From Okeania sp. (lineage in GTDB: Bacteria > Cyanobacteriota > Cyanobacteriia > Cyanobacteriales > Microcoleaceae), in the NCBI RefSeq assembly GCF_035285525.1, contig NZ_JAYKGW010000225.1, positions 1-7,576 on the forward strand: a stretch of DNA of 7,576 bases, written 5' to 3'. Within the stretch, counting starts at the first letter, position 1, and each line of letters opens with the position of its first letter. The notes below the pieces were generated by a model, which searched no databases, had not been told where the DNA came from, and saw only the letters and a list, made by a program, of their open reading frames with translations. Of the stretch, positions 4,503 to 7,576 are shown one piece after another. The position numbers and the translations under genes are program-made.

Positions 4503-6713
4503 CTAAGGATTTAAAAAGTCTAAATGATTCCCATGTTTTGCCCGTAAAGATGCGACAGAACCTTCCAATTCTAACTTTCCATGATTCAATAAAATAATCC
4601 ATTCTGCTCTACTAATAACCCTTGGTCTATGACTAATAAAAATTGTTGTTTTCCCCCGACGATAAGATAATAAACTTTCCAAAACTTCGGACTCAGCAAT
4701 CGGGTCTAAACCGGAAGTTGACTCATCTAAAATTAATACAGAGGGGTCATTAATAATACCTCTTGCTATTGCTAAACGTTGCCTTTGTCCGCCAGAGATA
4801 TTCGCTCCAAATTCTCCTAAAACTGTTTGATATTTATCAGGTAAACGACTAATAAATTCATCGGCTCCAGAAATTTGACAAGCTTGAACTATTTGTTCAA
4901 ATGTTACCCCCGGCGCTGCTAAATGGAAATTTTCAATAATCGAACGACTCCAAAAATGAGCATCTTGAGGAACTAATACAACTTGTTTTCTAAAAGAATT
5001 TATATCTAAATCTTGCAAATTATAAATACCAATTTGCACATTACCAGATTGCACTGGATATAAACCAGCAATTAATTTAGCAACTGTACTTTTTCCACAG
5101 CCAGACTGACCAATTAAAGCAATAGATTTACCACCAGGAAACCTCACGGAAAAATTTTCTAATAAATCAATTCTTCCAGCGTAGTGAAAACTAATATTAG
5201 AGCAAATAATATCAGCATTATTCTGAATTTTAGCCTCTGGTTTTTGATGTTTTTCATCAGTTTCTGGAGGATAATCAATTACTTCTGAAAGTCGTTTAGT
5301 TGCAGTCTGAACTTTTGCCAATTCATCCATCAATCCCACTAACGTACTCACCAAACTTGATACATATTGATTCATAGCAATAAAAGCCAATAACTGACCA
5401 ATACTTAATTGTTCAGCAATCACTAAATTACTGCCAAACCATAACAGAAAAATATTACCAATATTACTAACTAAACCGGAAAATACATCATTCACAATTC
5501 CAATTTGAGTAGTTCTCAAACTCAAATTAGCCAACTTGCCAAATCTACCTTGATATTCTTCCCAAAACTGAGGAGCGCTAGAAGTAGTTTTGAGAGTCAT
5601 TGCACCTTTAAAAGTTTCTACTAAAACACCCTGAGTTTCTGCTTCTAAAGCAAATAAATTTCTAGTTTTTTGCTGTAATATTGGCAACAAAGCAATAGTT
5701 GATAAAGTCATAACTACCGCCATAAAAACAGCAACTATAGTTAGGGAAAAACTATAGATACACATCACAATCACAGAAACTAAAGCAATAAAAAATTGAC
5801 TAGGCAAACTTACAATTACTTGGGAAACTAACTGATTAATCTCTTTAATATCTGTCAACCTGCTAACAATTTCACCACTACGTCGCGTTTCATAATAATT
5901 TAATGGCAAACGCAAAATTTGTCTGCCAAATTCCATCACTAATCCTAACTCCAAACGTTGAGCAAAATGAGCAATCATATTAGATTGAACTAACTCCAAA
6001 CAACTGCTAAATATATTCATCACAATTACAGCAATTACTACACTGGTAAGTAATTGAAAATCGCCCCTAACTAACACATCATCAGTAAGAATTTGCACCA
6101 AAAAAGGAGAAGCAATAGAAAGTAAACCTAAAACAATATTTAGCAAAAATACTTGAATAATAATTTGTCGATAATACCAAACTCGTCTGAGTAATCTGCT
6201 AATATTACTTACCTTTTCATCAGCCTCAGAAAAAAACCTTTTAGCATCAGGTTCTACTAATAAACAAACCCAATCTTGCCAAGCTTCAGCTAATTCTTTT
6301 GCCGACAAAAAACGAACTCCAATCCCAGGGTCAGCAATCACATATTTATCCCCTTGTCTACCATACAATACTACCCAATGATAGCCTTGCCAATGAATAA
6401 TTGCTGGTAAAGGAGCTTGGTCAATTTTATTTAAAATTCCTGGATTTGCTTTGACAGACCTAGCATTAAAACCAATACTATCTGCACCTTGTTTTAAACC
6501 TAATAATGTGGTTCCTTTTTGATTAGTACCTATAGTTTCTCTAATTCGATTAATTGTTAAATTACGACCATAATATTTAGCAATAGAAGCTAAACAAGCA
6601 GCTCCACAATCTTCCTCACTTTGTTGGAGAATTAAGGGATATTTATTAAAGTTATTTACCTCTCGTTCAGTAGATGCTTTTGGTAATATTGGTACTGGTA
6701 CAATATCTAACAT
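4503..6713 (-). CDS. Peptidase C39 domain-containing ABC transporter (PCAT; double-glycine peptide processing and export ATPase/permease)
   Basis: 736-aa ORF. The N-terminal C39 domain has Gln30, Cys36 (LQQSEEDCGAACL, codon 6606-6608), His112 (YHWVVLYG, 6378-6380) and Asp128 (VIADPG, 6330-6332). The central part is hydrophobic and consistent with a type I exporter TMD. The C-terminal NBD has Walker A GQSGCGKST (5085-5111), signature ISGGQRQR, Walker B VLILDESTSGLD and H-loop FISHR. Confidence 0.97.
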   Translation of the reverse strand: MLDIVPVPILPKASTEREVNNFNKYPLILQQSEEDCGAACLASIAKYYGRNLTINRIRETIGTNQKGTTLLGLKQGADSIGFNARSVKANPGILNKIDQAPLPAIIHWQGYHWVVLYGRQGDKYVIADPGIGVRFLSAKELAEAWQDWVCLLVEPDAKRFFSEADEKVSNISRLLRRVWYYRQIIIQVFLLNIVLGLLSIASPFLVQILTDDVLVRGDFQLLTSVVIAVIVMNIFSSCLELVQSNMIAHFAQRLELGLVMEFGRQILRLPLNYYETRRSGEIVSRLTDIKEINQLVSQVIVSLPSQFFIALVSVIVMCIYSFSLTIVAVFMAVVMTLSTIALLPILQQKTRNLFALEAETQGVLVETFKGAMTLKTTSSAPQFWEEYQGRFGKLANLSLRTTQIGIVNDVFSGLVSNIGNIFLLWFGSNLVIAEQLSIGQLLAFIAMNQYVSSLVSTLVGLMDELAKVQTATKRLSEVIDYPPETDEKHQKPEAKIQNNADIICSNISFHYAGRIDLLENFSVRFPGGKSIALIGQSGCGKSTVAKLIAGLYPVQSGNVQIGIYNLQDLDINSFRKQVVLVPQDAHFWSRSIIENFHLAAPGVTFEQIVQACQISGADEFISRLPDKYQTVLGEFGANISGGQRQRLAIARGIINDPSVLILDESTSGLDPIAESEVLESLLSYRRGKTTIFISHRPRVISRAEWIILLNHGKLELEGSVASLRAKHGNHLDFLNP

Positions 6714-6822
6714 AATAATTAAATTTTTAAATTAAAAATAATAAGTAAGCAGTCAGCTATCAGCTTAATTGCCTTTGAAAAAAGCAGTTATAGCAATCCT
6801 AAATAGGTTGTAGTATTTTATA

Positions 6823-6878
6823 GTAGGGGTTTGGTCTCCAAACCCAATTTATAAGGGATTTGGAGACCAAACCCCTAC
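6823..6878. repeat. Head-to-head pair of the GTAGGGGTTTGGTCTCCAAA element (20-bp perfect inverted repeat, 16-nt spacer)
   Basis: gtaggggtttggtctccaaa (6823-6842) and tttggagaccaaacccctac (6859-6878) are exact reverse complements. The same element occurs at 1402-1421. It lies 110-165 nt upstream of the PCAT start codon. Confidence 0.85.
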
Positions 6879-7098
6879 AGATTTTTCTCACATCTCATTC
6901 CTGATTACTATAGCATTGAGTATTAATAGAATTATGTTTCTTAAAAGTTTAGAATAGAAGTGAATTTAACTCCTTCTAAAGTATCCAATTTATAGAAACT
7001 AGGGATTAACCCAAATTCAAAAAGCTAATAGCTAAATACTTATAACGGATAAATTTTACATACAAATAATTCTTTCTATTAATAGACAATTAAATCAG

Positions 7099-7132
7099 AA
7101 AAAAACACCTATAAAATTAATTATAGGTGTTT
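7099..7132 (-). terminator. Rho-independent terminator downstream of the peptide gene
   Basis: The minus strand reads aaacacctataa-ttaatt-ttataggtgttt followed by a T-run; 7099-7105 are seven A on the plus strand. The perfect 12-bp stem is AT-rich with 4 G:C pairs. It lies about 170 nt after the peptide stop codon. Confidence 0.6.
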
Positions 7133-7140
7133 GATTTAAT

Positions 7141-7211
7141 CAGGACTTACGCGAAGAAACCCGGTACGAGCGTAGAAACCGGGTTTCTGGGTTCGCGTGG
7201 CTTTAGTCCTG
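7141..7211. repeat. 71-nt imperfect long hairpin (REP/MITE-like structured element)
   Basis: Nested pairings are caggact (7141-7147) / agtcctg (7205-7211), cgcgaa (7150-7155) / ttcgcg (7192-7197), and gaaacccggt (7156-7165) / accgggtttc (7178-7187). An aggacttac-like end motif also occurs at 2525-2533 and, with one mismatch, at 4358-4366. Confidence 0.7.
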
Positions 7212-7230
7212 TTAATTAAATGTCTCTAGT

Positions 7231-7247
7231 GCGGGAATTTTGCCCGC
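7231..7247 (-). promoter_or_regulatory. Small GC hairpin in the 3' UTR of the peptide gene
   Basis: gcggg (7231-7235) pairs with cccgc (7243-7247) around a 7-nt loop, about 58 nt after the stop codon. No U-tract follows. A stabiliser or pause role is inference. Confidence 0.3.
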
Positions 7248-7304
7248 GACAGGTGTACCTCAACAAAATCGAATCTGCTGTATAATTCCGATATGATATG
7301 GCTT

Positions 7305-7535
7305 TTAGTAGCAACCACCAGGACGGTAGGTAACATGATGGTAGTCATAACCAGGACGACGGTAGCTATAACTTACACTGCGACCATATCCATAATCACC
7401 ATAGTAATAGTCACGGCGACCATAACTTACAGAGCGACTGTAACCATCGCAACCACAACCATGACCACCATTAATAGCAGCAGATTCTTCAGTAGAAATA
7501 TCAGAAAAGAGTTCGTTATTTTGAGTTTCTTGCAT
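7305..7535 (-). CDS. Double-glycine-leader precursor peptide with a Tyr/Gly/Arg-rich repetitive core (predicted PCAT substrate)
   Basis: 76-aa ORF with leader MQETQNNELFSDISTEESAAINGG and core HGCGCDGYSRSVSYGRRDYYYGDYGYGRSVSYSYRRPGYDYHHVTYRPGGCY. The leader matches the L(-12)S(-11)xxE(-8)L(-7)xxI(-4)xGG pattern at I-12, S-11, E-8, I-4 and GG, and has F-15. It is co-oriented with, and upstream of, the C39 exporter. No obvious SD, which is common in cyanobacteria. Confidence 0.8.
   Translation of the reverse strand: MQETQNNELFSDISTEESAAINGGHGCGCDGYSRSVSYGRRDYYYGDYGYGRSVSYSYRRPGYDYHHVTYRPGGCY
7308..7463 (-). other. Predicted 52-aa mature core peptide
   Basis: Hand count over 52 residues gives 13 Tyr, 10 Gly, 7 Arg, 5 Ser, 4 Asp, 3 His and 3 Cys. 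There is an internal 18-residue duplication: RSVSY is encoded twice, at 7422-7436 and 7368-7382, exactly 54 nt apart. Confidence 0.7.
7464..7535 (-). other. Predicted 24-aa double-glycine leader
   Basis: The Gly23-Gly24 codons are at 7464-7469 (acc acc on plus, ggt ggt on minus). Cleavage is predicted between Gly24 and His25. Confidence 0.7.
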
Positions 7536-7576
7536 CGTTTTTGCTTGGGATTTAATTCAATGAATAAGATAGTTTA

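Noticed and set aside
7305-7535. Nif11/NHLP-type or lanthipeptide/cyanobactin precursor
   Set aside because: The leader is only 24 aa, whereas Nif11/NHLP leaders are much longer and have distinctive conserved blocks. The core has only 3 Cys and 1 Thr, and no LanM, cyclodehydratase or PatA/G-type genes are in view. A short class-II-type GG leader fits best. Modification by enzymes outside the window remains possible.

Overview
AT-rich, repeat-dense window that looks like a heterocystous (Nostocales-type) cyanobacterial chromosome. The taxon is inference from one HIP1 GCGATCGC site, STRR-like short repeats and many hairpin-type dispersed repeats. Left part, minus strand: a REC + LuxR/NarL-type response regulator (534-1226) and a type I methionine aminopeptidase (1604-2434). 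Middle, plus strand: a cyanobacterial Rpn/DUF2887-like PD-(D/E)XK nuclease gene (3093-3899) broken by an in-frame TGA, then a tandem duplicate of only its 3' module (4005-4244). The cassette is preceded by two ~138-nt tandem units and bracketed by a ~41-nt direct repeat. Right part, minus strand: a 736-aa C39-peptidase ABC exporter (PCAT, 4503-6713) with all catalytic residues intact. 591 nt upstream of it on the same strand is a 76-aa ORF (7305-7535) with a classical double-glycine leader and an unusual 52-aa Tyr/Gly/Arg-rich repetitive core. This peptide/exporter pair is the most interesting content. No modification enzyme, immunity gene or membrane-fusion adaptor is visible, and the window ends 41 nt upstream of the peptide gene. 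I recognised no rRNA, tRNA or CRISPR array. Homology statements come from reading motifs by eye and from memory of the families; no searches were run.
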